A stretch of DNA of 64,000 nucleotides from Streptosporangiaceae bacterium (GTDB lineage Bacteria > Actinomycetota > Actinomycetes > Streptosporangiales > Streptosporangiaceae), in assembly GCA_035499215.1 (NCBI GenBank), contig DATJZH010000177.1, forward strand, positions 31-64,030. Reading direction: 5' to 3'. The position numbers and the translations under genes are program-made. Of this stretch, positions 1-9,052 are shown piece by piece. The notes under the pieces were generated by a model. It was not told where the DNA came from. It saw nothing but the letters and a program-made list of their open reading frames with translations, and searched no databases. How positions within the stretch are numbered: position 1 is the first letter of the stretch; the number at the start of each line of letters is the position of its first letter.

Positions 1-705
1 CGCGACACCCAAGGGCAGGACCGGGCGCCCCAGCAAGGCCCTGACCCTCGACCAGGCAACCGCCGTGCTCGAGCAGGCCAGAACCTCGCCGATCCACGCC
101 TACGTCGTGCTGAGCATCATGACCGGCGTCCGCACGGAGGAAGCCCGCGCGCTCCGCTGGGATCACGTCGTGGCATGGGTGGACGACCTCAGGGGCTGGC
201 AGCCCGTGGCCGAGGCCGGCTTCGACCACGAGAAGCTCGCGGTCTATGTGTGGCGGTCGGTCCGCGCCGACGGTGACACCAAGACCGAGAAGTCACGCCG
301 GACGCTGGAAGTCCCCGACGAAGCCGCCAGTGCCCTGAAAGCGCTGCACAAGCGGCAGGCTGGGCAGCGGCTGGCGGCCGGCGCGGCGTGGCAGGACAGC
401 AACCTCGTCTTCTGCACCCGAAACGGCACGCCGCTGGCGGCCGGGAACGTCCGCCGGTCGTCCGCGCGATCACCAAGGCGGCCGGGATCGGCGAAGACTG
501 GACGCCCCGGGAGATGCGTCACACGTTCGTCTCGATCATGAGCGACAACGACGTGCCGATCGAGACCATCGCCGATCTCGTCGGGCACAAGGGCACCTCG
601 GTCACCGAGCGGGTCTACCGGCACCAGCTCAAGCCGGTGATCACCAAGGGCGCCACCACCATGAACACCCTCTTCAACCAGACGAAGGAAACCAAGTCCG
701 CATGA
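1..705 (+). pseudogene. Tyrosine-type integrase/recombinase, C-terminal catalytic region. The 5' end lies outside the window and the ORF is split by a 1-nt frameshift near 455-466.
   Basis: The frame of ORF 65..541 is open from position 2 (..KALTLDQATAVLEQARTSPIHAYVVLSIMTGVRTEEARALRWDHV..NLVFCTRNGTPLAAGNVRR). Homology then continues in the frame of ORF 388..705 (VVRAITKAAGIGEDWTPREMRHTFVSIMSDNDVPIETIADLVGHKGTSVTERVYRH). The catalytic R, H-x-x-R, H and Y positions are all present but split over the two frames. The gene ends 98 nt from a tRNA 3' end. Confidence 0.75.
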
Positions 706-749
706 CCGCTGGCTCCCCGTTTGGCTCCTATCCGACTTTCAAGATCGAA

Positions 750-782
750 ATGGGGCTCCGGAGTGATCTCCGAAAACCCCAT
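750..782. terminator. Nested hairpin between the integrase stop and the tRNA 3' end
   Basis: Sequence atggggctccggagtgatctccgaaaaccccat has outer arms atgggg/ccccat and inner arms cggag/ctccg. On the minus strand (downstream of the tRNA) it is followed by ttcgatctt. Confidence 0.3.
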
Positions 783-803
783 CTGACCTGCATAAACTGC
801 GAG

Positions 804-876
<73 letters not shown>

Positions 877-929
877 TTACGCACCGCAGCCTTCCGGACT
901 CCAGCGCCACGCCAGTGTACAAGAACGGG

Positions 930-1550
930 TTACTCCACGTCGCCGGCCTCCGGGAGCGGTACGGGCTCCGGCAGCGTGCCGACGTTGTGCGCCAGCAGCC
1001 GCCAGTTGGCCTGGAGCCGACCGATAACCGACCAGCTGCAGTTGCCCAGCGGCCCGAGCATTCGCAGACCTGCCGGGATCCCGAGCAGGCGGGACATTCC
1101 CATGCCCAACGCAGCGCCGTGGCTCACCACTACCGCCAGCGAGCCGCCATCCAGGCTGTCAGCGACCCGCTCCAGGGCCACCGACGCGCGGTCAGCGACC
1201 GCAGCGGCCGATTCGCCATCGGGCGGCGCCCAGCGCTCGTAGGCGTCGGGGTACTGTTCCCGGATCTCGACATCCGACAACCCTTCCCAGGAGCCGCCTG
1301 AACGCTCGCGCAGGTCCTTGTCCAGTTGCACGGGGAGCCTGGTCAGCCGCGCCAGCGCCGCGGCGGTGGCCGTGGCGCGCGACAAATCTGACGCGAAGAT
1401 CGCCTCGGGCTTAAGTGCCGCCAGGTGCCTGGCCGCCCGGTGCGCCTGACGGCGGCCCTCGCCGTTGAGCGGGACGTCTGTCTGGCCCTGAAACCGGCGT
1501 TCCAGGTTGAATACCGTCTGGCCATGCCGCCACAGCACGAGCCTGACCAT
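930..1550 (-). CDS. Histidine phosphatase (phosphoglycerate mutase-like) family protein
   Basis: MVRLVLWRHGQTVFNLERRFQGQTDVPLN carries the RHG motif and VVVSHGAALG carries the second His. I take the start at ATG 1550, 56 nt after the rsfS stop. From memory, GpgP (Rv2419c) occupies the same position downstream of nadD-rsfS in mycobacteria. The substrate is not inferable here. Confidence 0.85.
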   Translation of the reverse strand: MVRLVLWRHGQTVFNLERRFQGQTDVPLNGEGRRQAHRAARHLAALKPEAIFASDLSRATATAAALARLTRLPVQLDKDLRERSGGSWEGLSDVEIREQYPDAYERWAPPDGESAAAVADRASVALERVADSLDGGSLAVVVSHGAALGMGMSRLLGIPAGLRMLGPLGNCSWSVIGRLQANWRLLAHNVGTLPEPVPLPEAGDVE

Positions 1551-1606
1551 TTCGTGTGAGCTTGCCCCCGGCCAGTGGCTGGGCCCTGAAGCGCTGGCCG
1601 GCGTGG

Positions 1607-2026
1607 TCAGCGTGGCCCCCGGTCGCCTCGGCTGCCGCCCGCTCCTGCGGACGCGACCGGCTCGGGCACGGGGATCAGCGGGCAGTCCTTCCACAGCCGT
1701 TCGAGCGCGTAGTAAACCCGCTCCTCCGCGTGCTGGACATGAATGACCACGTCGAGGTAGTCAAGCAGTACCCAGCGTCCCTCTCGCTCGCCCTCGCGGC
1801 GGGCTGGCTTGGCGCCTGCTTTACGCAGCTTGTCCTCGATCTCATCGACGATTGCCCTGACCTGACGGTCATTTGACGCTGAGCAGAGCAGGAAGGCGTC
1901 AGTGATCACAAGCTGATCACTGACGTCGTAGGCGATGATGTCGGAGGCAAGCTTGTCAGCTGCGGCTGCGGCGGCGATCTCCACGAGCTCTACGGCTCTG
2001 TCAGTGGCAGTCACGTGTGCTGGCAA
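1607..2026 (-). CDS. rsfS: Ribosome silencing factor RsfS
   Basis: DIIAYDVSDQLVITDAFLLCSASNDRQVRAIVDEIEDKL..WVLLDYLDVVIHVQHAEERVYYALERLWKDCP is typical RsfS/iojap sequence. The gene lies directly downstream of nadD. Confidence 0.92.
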   Translation of the reverse strand: MPAHVTATDRAVELVEIAAAAAADKLASDIIAYDVSDQLVITDAFLLCSASNDRQVRAIVDEIEDKLRKAGAKPARREGEREGRWVLLDYLDVVIHVQHAEERVYYALERLWKDCPLIPVPEPVASAGAGGSRGDRGPR

Positions 2027-2132
2027 TCCCCCTCGGCAAATTCTGTCTGCCCTACCATCTCATGTCTGGTCAAGAAATACGGATCACGCCGTTCAGGCTA
2101 CCCTGGCGCGCCACATCCGGCGACCAGCCGAG

Positions 2133-2771
2133 CTAGCCGCTGTCAGTTCGGTACAGGCCGCGCTTGCTGATGTACTGCACGATGCCGTCGGGAACCAGGT
2201 ACCAGATCGGCTCGCCGTCCTGCACCCGTTTCCTGCACTCGGTCGAGGAGATCGCCAGCGCCGGGATCTCGATCAGGCTGACCCGCTCGTCCGGCAGCCC
2301 GTGGCCGGACAGCCGGTGTCCGGGCCGCGTACAGCCGACGAAATGCGCGAGCTTGAACAGGTCGTCCGCGTCCCGCCAGGAGATCATCCTGGCGAGCGCA
2401 TCGGCGCCGGTGATGAAATAGAACTCGGCGTCCGGCCCGCGCTGCGTGCGCAGGTCGCACAACGTGTCGATCGTGTAGGTCTCCCCCGGCCTGTCGATGT
2501 CCACCCGGCTGACGGAGAAGCGCGGATTGGACGCGGTAGCGATCACCGTCATCAGGTACCGGTCCTCGGCCGCGGACACCACCCGGCCGCCCTTCTGCCA
2601 GGGCTGGCCGGTCGGCACGAAGATGACCTCATCCAGCGAGAAGAAGTGGCCGACTTCGCTCGCCGCCACGAGGTGACCGTTGTGGATCGGGTCGAAGGTG
2701 CCGCCCATCACCCCGATGCGCTTACCCGCGCCCGCGCCGGTCATGAGCTGCCCCGGCCGCTCATGTACCAT
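2133..2771 (-). CDS. nadD: Nicotinate-nucleotide adenylyltransferase
   Basis: [24 protein letters not shown] carries the (H/T)xGH motif, and ..[27 protein letters not shown] follows. The start is ambiguous between ATG 2771 and ATG 2744. The upstream part of track ORF 2133..3023 looks non-coding. Confidence 0.9.
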   Translation of the reverse strand: MVHERPGQLMTGAGAGKRIGVMGGTFDPIHNGHLVAASEVGHFFSLDEVIFVPTGQPWQKGGRVVSAAEDRYLMTVIATASNPRFSVSRVDIDRPGETYTIDTLCDLRTQRGPDAEFYFITGADALARMISWRDADDLFKLAHFVGCTRPGHRLSGHGLPDERVSLIEIPALAISSTECRKRVQDGEPIWYLVPDGIVQYISKRGLYRTDSG

Positions 2772-3207
2772 TCCCGGCCGCTCAACCGGACGCTCTGATC
2801 GGTCCTCGGACACGCACCATAGAGCGACTGTAGATGGCGACCGGGGCGCCAGCCTCACCCGGCTCCGGCTCGGACGGGATCGCTGACCCCGGTGCGCGAC
2901 TCGGATCACCCCGTAATCGGCGCTGCGCCGGCGCGTCGCGGGAGCGCGCTGCGCGGGAAACCGCCCCGGGCACGCCGACCTCGGCGCGCCGCGCCCTGCC
3001 GGGCAGCGGGCGTACCTGCGCACTGCGGCCGAGCAGGTCCCGGGCCAGGCCAGCGACGGTCACGTCGCCGGCGGCCATGAGCCGACCGGCCTGCAGGGCG
3101 GAAAGCTGATCAGCGGGCCTTGACTCCCGCCGCGTTCTGAACACGGCCGGCACCTCTTGCGCGGTCATCTGGCCAACCCTCGGGCGTCCGGCACCTACCA
3201 TGAGCCT

Positions 3208-4230
3208 ATGACCACTGTGCCCGACCGCTCCCGGGTGCGTCTGCCCGGTATCAGCTCGCGTGCGTACGAGCATCCAGCCGACCGCTCTGCGCTGGTCGCG
3301 CTGCGCAAGCTCACCGGTTTCGACGTGATTCTCCGCAACCTCGCTGGCCTGTTCAACGACCGGAGTCTGCGGCTGATGTTCCTGGCCAGCTCGGTCCGGG
3401 CATCGGAGCAGCAGTTCCCGCAGCTCTACCAGGCGATGCGGGACGGCTCCTACATCCTGGACCTGCCGAAGATCCCAGAACTGTTCATCAGCCAGAACCC
3501 GATCGTCAACGCGATGACGCTCGGCACGGACAAGCCGTTCATCGTGATCACCACCGGCATGGTGGACCTTTTCGACGCCGAGGAGATCCGGTTCGCGATC
3601 GGGCACGAGCTCGGGCACGTGCTGTCCGGCCACGCCGTGTACCGGACCATGCTGTATCACCTGATCAACCTGGCGGCCCGGCTGGCGTTCGTGCCGTTCG
3701 CCTGGCTCGGGCTCAAGCCGATCATCTGGGGCCTGGAGGAGTGGTACCGCAAGTCCGAGCTCTCGTGCGACCGGGCCGGTCTGCTGGCCGGCCAGGACGT
3801 CGAGGCTGCCAGGCGAGCCCTGCTGAAGACCGCCGGCGGTTCGCGGCTGGCCGAGCTCAGCCACGACGCGTTCCTGCAGCAGGCGCACGAGTACGACGCG
3901 GTTCCCGATGTACGCGAGGGCCTGCTCAAGCTGCTGCAGCTGCAGGGCACCACGCACCCGTTCGCCGTCGTGCGTTTCGCCGAGCTCGACCGCTGGGCCG
4001 CCGGCAACCAGTACCGCGACATCCTCGCCGGGAACTACCCGCGCCGGGAGAATGACCAGCAGACATCGGTGGGTGACGAATTCCGGGCGGCCGCCAAGTC
4101 CTACCAGGAATCGTGGAACCGCAGCGCAGATCCGCTGATCGGAGCGGTCCTCGGTGCCGCGGAGAGCGCGGCCGGGGCCAGCAGTCGGCTGATCAACAGG
4201 TTCGGCGGCCGCCGCGACGACGGGGACTGA
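3208..4230 (+). CDS. M48 family (HtpX-like) zinc metallopeptidase
   Basis: HEXXH motif in FAIGHELGHVLSGHAVY. The N-terminus MTTVPDRSRVRLPGISSRAYEHPADRSALVALRKL matches the conserved actinobacterial family as I remember it. I chose the start at ATG 3208 rather than TTG 3157. Confidence 0.85.
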   Translation: MTTVPDRSRVRLPGISSRAYEHPADRSALVALRKLTGFDVILRNLAGLFNDRSLRLMFLASSVRASEQQFPQLYQAMRDGSYILDLPKIPELFISQNPIVNAMTLGTDKPFIVITTGMVDLFDAEEIRFAIGHELGHVLSGHAVYRTMLYHLINLAARLAFVPFAWLGLKPIIWGLEEWYRKSELSCDRAGLLAGQDVEAARRALLKTAGGSRLAELSHDAFLQQAHEYDAVPDVREGLLKLLQLQGTTHPFAVVRFAELDRWAAGNQYRDILAGNYPRRENDQQTSVGDEFRAAAKSYQESWNRSADPLIGAVLGAAESAAGASSRLINRFGGRRDDGD

Positions 4231-4265
4231 CGCCGGCTCCGCTCAGCCTGCCGGCCCGCCCCGGG

Positions 4266-6560
4266 TCAGCTGACATCGGCGAGGCTGGCGGGCTCGAGCC
4301 GGGCGAGCGCGTCCGGCAGCCTGCCCGTGTGCAGGACGCCGAGCCGCTGGGTTGTTCTGGTCAGCGCCACGTAGAGGTCACTGAGCCCGCGCCGCGACTC
4401 AGCGACGATCTCGGCAGGCTCGGCGATGAGCACGGCGTCGAATTCCAGGCCCTTGGCTTGCGTCACGCTCAGAACTACTACCGGACTCTCCAGGTCGGGG
4501 CTTTCGCCGATCGTGGCAGCCGGGATCGCCGCGCTCACCGCGTTGCCGAGCTCGCGCAGCCGGGCGGCCGCCGCGATCACCGCGAGCTTCCCGTCATCGG
4601 TCTGGGCCGCCAGGCGCTGCGCGGCGTCGGCCACCGCGGCCGGCAGCTCGCCCGCCGTGACGGCAAGCCGCCACGGCGGGCTGCCCGACTCGCGCACCGA
4701 GCGGGGCGGCTCCAGCACCGGGTCGATCGCGGCCAGCACGTCCGCGGCCACTACCATGATCTCGGCTGGCGTGCGGTAGTTGATGGTCAGCGGCGCCAGC
4801 CGCCAGCGGTCGCCGAGGTAGGGTCGCAGCGACTGCTCCCAGGACGCTGACCCGCCCAGGTCCCCGGTCTGCGCCACGTCGCCGACGATGGTCATCGACT
4901 TGGCGGGACAGCGCCGCATCAGCATCCGCCACGCCATCGGCGACAGCTCCTGTGCCTCGTCGACGATCACGTGGCCGAACGCCCAGGTCCGGTCCGCCGC
5001 CGCCCGCTCGGCAGCGGTCAGGCCCGCGTCATCATCCTGCCGGGACGCGAGCCTGCTGGCATCGACAAGGTCAGCCCCCATCAGGATTTCCGGGTCGTCC
5101 TCGACATCGCGGGACAAGATGTCGAGGACGCCCTGGGCGTAGGCCTCCCTGGCCCGGCGTTCCCGCTGGCGCATCCGGCGGGCAGCCTGGTCGTCTTCGC
5201 CGAGCAGCTCGGCGGCCTCGTCGAGCAGCGGCACATCCGCAGGCGTCCACGGCGCGCCTGGCTCGCGCCAGAGCGCCGCGCGCTCGGCCCGGCTCAGCCC
5301 GGGGGCGGCCGCCGCGAGCCGGTCCGCGGCGCCGAACAGGCCGGCCACCAGCTGCTGCGCGGTGAGCACCGGCCACAGCTGGTCGATGGCCGTCCGTACG
5401 GCGGGGTCGGCGCTGAGTTCCCGCCGCAGGTCGTCGGTGTCCTGGGCGCCGAGCAGGTTGTCGCCGCCGAGGATGTTGGCGCCGAGCCGGTCCGCCGCCT
5501 GGCGGGTCAGGGCAGCGATCAGTTCGCGGGCGAAAACCTGCCGCGCCTGGTTGTGCGGCCGCCGAGATCGCCGTGCCCGCTCGCGTGCCTGCGCCACCGC
5601 CCGCCGGGACAGGCGCAGCCGCTCCCGGTCGACGACGACTTCCAGGCCGGCATCGGGAACGCGCTGGTGCTCGCGGACCGCGCTGGCGATCACCTGCGCC
5701 AGCTGCGGCCTGCCCTTGATCTCTGCGGTCGTGGCCGGCTCGGTGCCGGTCGCGCTGACGCCAGGCAACAGCCCCCCGATGGTCGACAGCAGCACGCTCG
5801 TCTCGCCCAGGGACGGCAGGACCTGCCCGATGTAGCGCAGGAAGGTGGCGTTCGGGCCGACCACGAGCACGCCGCGCTTCTCCAGCTGGCGCCGGTGGGT
5901 GTAGAGCAGGTAGGCGGCCCGGTGCAGGGCCACGGCGGTCTTGCCGGTTCCCGGCCCGCCCTGCACGACCAGCACCCCGGCCAGGCCGGCGCGGATGATC
6001 ACGTCCTGCTCGGCCTGGATCGTCTCCACGATGTCGGTCATCCGCCCGGTCCGGCTCGCGCCCAGCGCGGCGAGCAGCGATGACTCGCCGGTGAGCCCGT
6101 CACGGCGGGTAGGGTCAGCCAGCGACAGGTCAAGCACCTCGTCGTCGAGGCTGAGCACCTGCCGGCTGCGGGTCTTGAGGTGCCGGCGCACCTTGACGTC
6201 ATCAGGCGCGGCCGCGGTGGCGAGGTAGAAAGGCCGAGCGGCGTCGGCACGCCAGTCCATCAGCAGCTGCCGATAATCGTCGGTAGCGCCGTGAATTCCC
6301 AGCCGCCCGATATAGCGCAGCTCTCCGTCGCTCAATTCGAGGCGGCCGAAACACAGGCCCTGCTCGGCGGCGTCGAACTGCGCCAGCTGCCTGGTGTACA
6401 GCGCCATGAAGGCCTCGCGCTCGGTCCGGGCCTGATGCGTGCCGCCGGCCTGGCGCAATACGTCAGCCAGTCGGCCGGCGGCCCGCTCTCTCAGATCATC
6501 GAGGCGACCGTAGAGCATGGCCAGGTACTTCTGCTCACGATCCATTTCGGAGTTTGACAA
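4266..6560 (-). CDS. helD: HelD-type (UvrD-like, RNA-polymerase-associated) ATPase
   Basis: N-terminal MDREQKYLAMLYGRLDDLRERAAG, then GRLELSDGELRYIGRLGI, Walker A VVQGGPGTGKTAVALHRAAYLLY, and C-terminal GLEFDAVLIAEP. The start is TTG 6560 (GAAAGG lies 10 nt upstream) or ATG 6545. Confidence 0.85.
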   Translation of the reverse strand: MSNSEMDREQKYLAMLYGRLDDLRERAAGRLADVLRQAGGTHQARTEREAFMALYTRQLAQFDAAEQGLCFGRLELSDGELRYIGRLGIHGATDDYRQLLMDWRADAARPFYLATAAAPDDVKVRRHLKTRSRQVLSLDDEVLDLSLADPTRRDGLTGESSLLAALGASRTGRMTDIVETIQAEQDVIIRAGLAGVLVVQGGPGTGKTAVALHRAAYLLYTHRRQLEKRGVLVVGPNATFLRYIGQVLPSLGETSVLLSTIGGLLPGVSATGTEPATTAEIKGRPQLAQVIASAVREHQRVPDAGLEVVVDRERLRLSRRAVAQARERARRSRRPHNQARQVFARELIAALTRQAADRLGANILGGDNLLGAQDTDDLRRELSADPAVRTAIDQLWPVLTAQQLVAGLFGAADRLAAAAPGLSRAERAALWREPGAPWTPADVPLLDEAAELLGEDDQAARRMRQRERRAREAYAQGVLDILSRDVEDDPEILMGADLVDASRLASRQDDDAGLTAAERAAADRTWAFGHVIVDEAQELSPMAWRMLMRRCPAKSMTIVGDVAQTGDLGGSASWEQSLRPYLGDRWRLAPLTINYRTPAEIMVVAADVLAAIDPVLEPPRSVRESGSPPWRLAVTAGELPAAVADAAQRLAAQTDDGKLAVIAAAARLRELGNAVSAAIPAATIGESPDLESPVVVLSVTQAKGLEFDAVLIAEPAEIVAESRRGLSDLYVALTRTTQRLGVLHTGRLPDALARLEPASLADVS

Positions 6561-6624
6561 GCAGCCTGCCTTTCAGCTAAAATAATACCGTTGGCAAAAC
6601 GAATAAAGCTTCGCCTGGGCATGC

Positions 6625-6650
6625 GCGCTACTTAATGTAGCGCTTTTTTA
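6625..6650 (+). terminator. Intrinsic-terminator-like hairpin plus T6 inside an AT-rich island
   Basis: Stem gcgctac (6625-6631), loop ttaat, stem gtagcgc (6637-6643), then tttttt (6644-6649). The U-tract is on the plus strand only, although both neighbouring genes are minus-strand. Confidence 0.4.
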
Positions 6651-6767
6651 TGTTTGCCGAGAACTGCGTTTGGCAGGACTGTGCCGGCGGCACAGGCGGG
6701 ACAACGGTGTCCGGCAAAGGCATGCTCCCCGATGGCGCGGCGCGCCGGCGGCCTGTGCCGCCGGCCG

Positions 6768-8132
6768 CTAGTGCGGCAGCCGCCGGTCGGTCCCTCGCGG
6801 GCCGAAGCCTGCGGTGGCCGGCAGGCTCGGATCCCAGTCGAACACCACCGCGTTGTCCTCCTCGCCGATCAGCACTTCCGCGCCGGCCTGCGCGCCAGCC
6901 TCGGCCAGCGCCTCCTCGATCCCGATGCGCGCCAGCCGGTCGGCCAGGTAGCCGACGGCCTCGTCGTTGCTGAAGTCGGTTTGCACGATCCACCGGCGCG
7001 GCTTCTCGCCGCGGATGACGAACCTGTTCTCCCCGGCTCTGGCGACTTCGAACTCCGGCCCGCTGACCGGCTCCGGCCGGATCACCAGCCTGGTCGGCTC
7101 GGGCACCGGGGCGGCAGCTCGTGCCTGCCCGATGATCCCGGCCAGGGTGAAGGCGAGCTCGCGCAGGCCCTCGGTGCTGGCTGCCGAGACCTGGCAGACA
7201 ATCAGGCCGCGCGCCGTGAGGTCCGGCGCGACCATGGCAGCGAGATCACGGGCAGCCGGCACGTCGATCTTGTTCAGCACCGCGATCCTGGGCCGGTCCT
7301 GCAGGTCGGCGCCGGTTGCATCAGCATATGCGGCCAGTTCTCCCTCGATCGCGTCCAGGTCGGAGACCGGGTCGCGGCCTGGCTCGTCGGTGGCGCAGTC
7401 GAGTGTGTGCACCAGTACGGTGCAGCGTTCCACGTGCCGCAGGAAGTCCAGGCCCAGGCCCTTCCCGCGGCTGGCGCCCGGGATCAGGCCGGGCACGTCG
7501 GCGATCACGAACTGCACGTCCCCGGCCTCGACCACGCCGAGATGCGGGGTGAGCGTGGTGAAGGGGTAGTTAGCGATCTTCGGTCGGGCCGCTGACAGGG
7601 CGGCGACGAGCGAGGACTTGCCCGCGTTCGGGAATCCGACGAGACCGGCGTCCGCGACCGTCTTGAGCTCCAGCCGCAGCTGCCGCTGCTCGCCCGGCTC
7701 GCCGCGCAGCGCGAAGCCGGGTGCCTTGCGCCTGGCCGAGGCCAGTGCGGCGTTGCCGAGCCCGCCCCGGCCGCCGCGGGCCGCCACGAACCTTGTTCCC
7801 GCCCCGGTCAGGTCGGCGAGCACGTCGCCGTCGCCGGTCTGCACCACGGTGCCCTCAGGCACCCGCAGGATCAGGTCGGCGCCCTCGGCGCCGCTGCGAT
7901 GGGAACCTGAGCCCTGCTTGCCGCTGCCCGCGCGGCGCACCGGTCGCCGGTGAAAGTCCAGCAGCGTGCTGATACCCGGGTCGACTTCCACGATCACGTC
8001 GCCGCCGCGGCCGCCGTTTCCGCCATCGGGGCCGCCCAGCGGCTTGAACTTCTCCCGGTGAATCGAGGCGCAGCCGTGGCCGCCGTCTCCGGCCTGCACG
8101 CGCAGCTCAGCCTGGTCAGCGAATTCTGCCAC
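6768..8132 (-). CDS. obg: GTPase Obg/CgtA
   Basis: [39 protein letters not shown] is the Obg fold, and the G1 motif is [14 protein letters not shown] start at 8132 with GGAAGGAAGGA upstream. Confidence 0.95.
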   Translation of the reverse strand: MAEFADQAELRVQAGDGGHGCASIHREKFKPLGGPDGGNGGRGGDVIVEVDPGISTLLDFHRRPVRRAGSGKQGSGSHRSGAEGADLILRVPEGTVVQTGDGDVLADLTGAGTRFVAARGGRGGLGNAALASARRKAPGFALRGEPGEQRQLRLELKTVADAGLVGFPNAGKSSLVAALSAARPKIANYPFTTLTPHLGVVEAGDVQFVIADVPGLIPGASRGKGLGLDFLRHVERCTVLVHTLDCATDEPGRDPVSDLDAIEGELAAYADATGADLQDRPRIAVLNKIDVPAARDLAAMVAPDLTARGLIVCQVSAASTEGLRELAFTLAGIIGQARAAAPVPEPTRLVIRPEPVSGPEFEVARAGENRFVIRGEKPRRWIVQTDFSNDEAVGYLADRLARIGIEEALAEAGAQAGAEVLIGEEDNAVVFDWDPSLPATAGFGPRGTDRRLPH

Positions 8133-8257
8133 GGCATGGTCCTTCCTTCCGCCGTGACTCGCGCAGCCGACCCGAGCTCATTTCCATGATCGCGGATATT
8201 CTGTCAGAAAGCGCGGCAAAGCCTCCACGAACATGCAGAGCGCCGCGCACGATGCCG

Positions 8258-8533
8258 TTAGCCGGCTTCCGCGGCAGCGGGCTGTGTTTCGATGACGCTC
8301 ACGGCCCGGCGGCCGCGCCGGGTACCGAACTCAACCTTGCCGCTGACGAGGGCGAACAGCGTGTCATCCCCGCCGCGTCCGACGCCGATGCCGGGGTGGA
8401 AGTGCGTGCCGTGCTGGCGGACGATGATCTCGCCGGCGCCGACGGCCTGCCCCCCGAAGCGCTTCACACCGAGCCGCTGGGCCTTGGAGTCGCGGCCGTT
8501 CCGGCTGGAGGACGCGCCCTTTTTGTGTGCCAT
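8258..8533 (-). CDS. rpmA: 50S ribosomal protein L27
   Basis: [46 protein letters not shown]. Confidence 0.97.
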   Translation of the reverse strand: MAHKKGASSSRNGRDSKAQRLGVKRFGGQAVGAGEIIVRQHGTHFHPGIGVGRGGDDTLFALVSGKVEFGTRRGRRAVSVIETQPAAAEAG

Positions 8534-8534
8534 C

Positions 8535-8876
8535 TCAGCCCTTCTCCCTGGAACTGGCGCGGGCCGTACCCTCGGTGATGCCGGTGATCCGGACGTGCGT
8601 GTACTTCTGCCGGTGTCCCACGCGGCGGCGGTAGCCGATCTTGTTCTTGTAATGGATCATGTTGATCTTGGGGCCGCTGGCCGCGCCGACGATCTGAGCG
8701 GTTATCTCGTAGCGGCCCAGCTGTGCCGGGTCGCTGATAACCGTCTCGTCGTCAACCACCAGCAGGGCGGGCAGCGTCACGCTGGAGCCGACCGGACCGC
8801 CGAGCTTGTCCACCGTCAGGACGTCATCGACGGAGGCCTTCTCCTGCCTGCCACCGCAGCGCACGATCGCATACAC
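8535..8876 (-). CDS. rplU: 50S ribosomal protein L21
   Basis: (M)[24 protein letters not shown]...[30 protein letters not shown] prefer the GTG at 8876 over the TTG at 8879. AAGGAG lies upstream. Confidence 0.95.
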   Translation of the reverse strand: MYAIVRCGGRQEKASVDDVLTVDKLGGPVGSSVTLPALLVVDDETVISDPAQLGRYEITAQIVGAASGPKINMIHYKNKIGYRRRVGHRQKYTHVRITGITEGTARASSREKG

Positions 8877-8893
8877 CAAGAACTCTCTCTCCT

Positions 8894-8921
8894 TGTGCTA
8901 GCCCGCCTGTGCTAGCCCGCC
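8894..8921. repeat. Perfect 14-bp tandem duplication in the rplU leader
   Basis: tgtgctagcccgcc occurs at 8894-8907 and again at 8908-8921, immediately upstream (minus strand) of the rplU RBS. Confidence 0.9.
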
Positions 8922-9052
8922 GCGAAAGGAGCACGGCAGTGCGCATCGCTGGGATCGGGCCTGCCTACTGTGCGCACCGCCCGCCAGCCGCCAAACCCGC
9001 AGCCAGATCCGTTCGTGCGCCGACCACAAAGAGTATCAGATTGCTCGAGGGC

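Noticed and set aside
2782-3175. Possible 131-aa minus-strand ORF upstream of nadD ([49 protein letters not shown]..) with a faint HTH look
   Set aside because: No recognisable domain, a low-complexity C-terminal half, and third-position GC of only ~85% in my sample. Its start would sit 33 nt from the divergent M48 peptidase start. The evidence is insufficient to call it.
6561-6767. Rifamycin-associated element (RAE) upstream of helD
   Set aside because: I found no GC-rich ~19-bp inverted repeat of the type I recall. The inverted repeats present (gcgctac/gtagcgc, ctgtgcc/ggcacag, cggcggc/gccgccg) look like generic hairpins.
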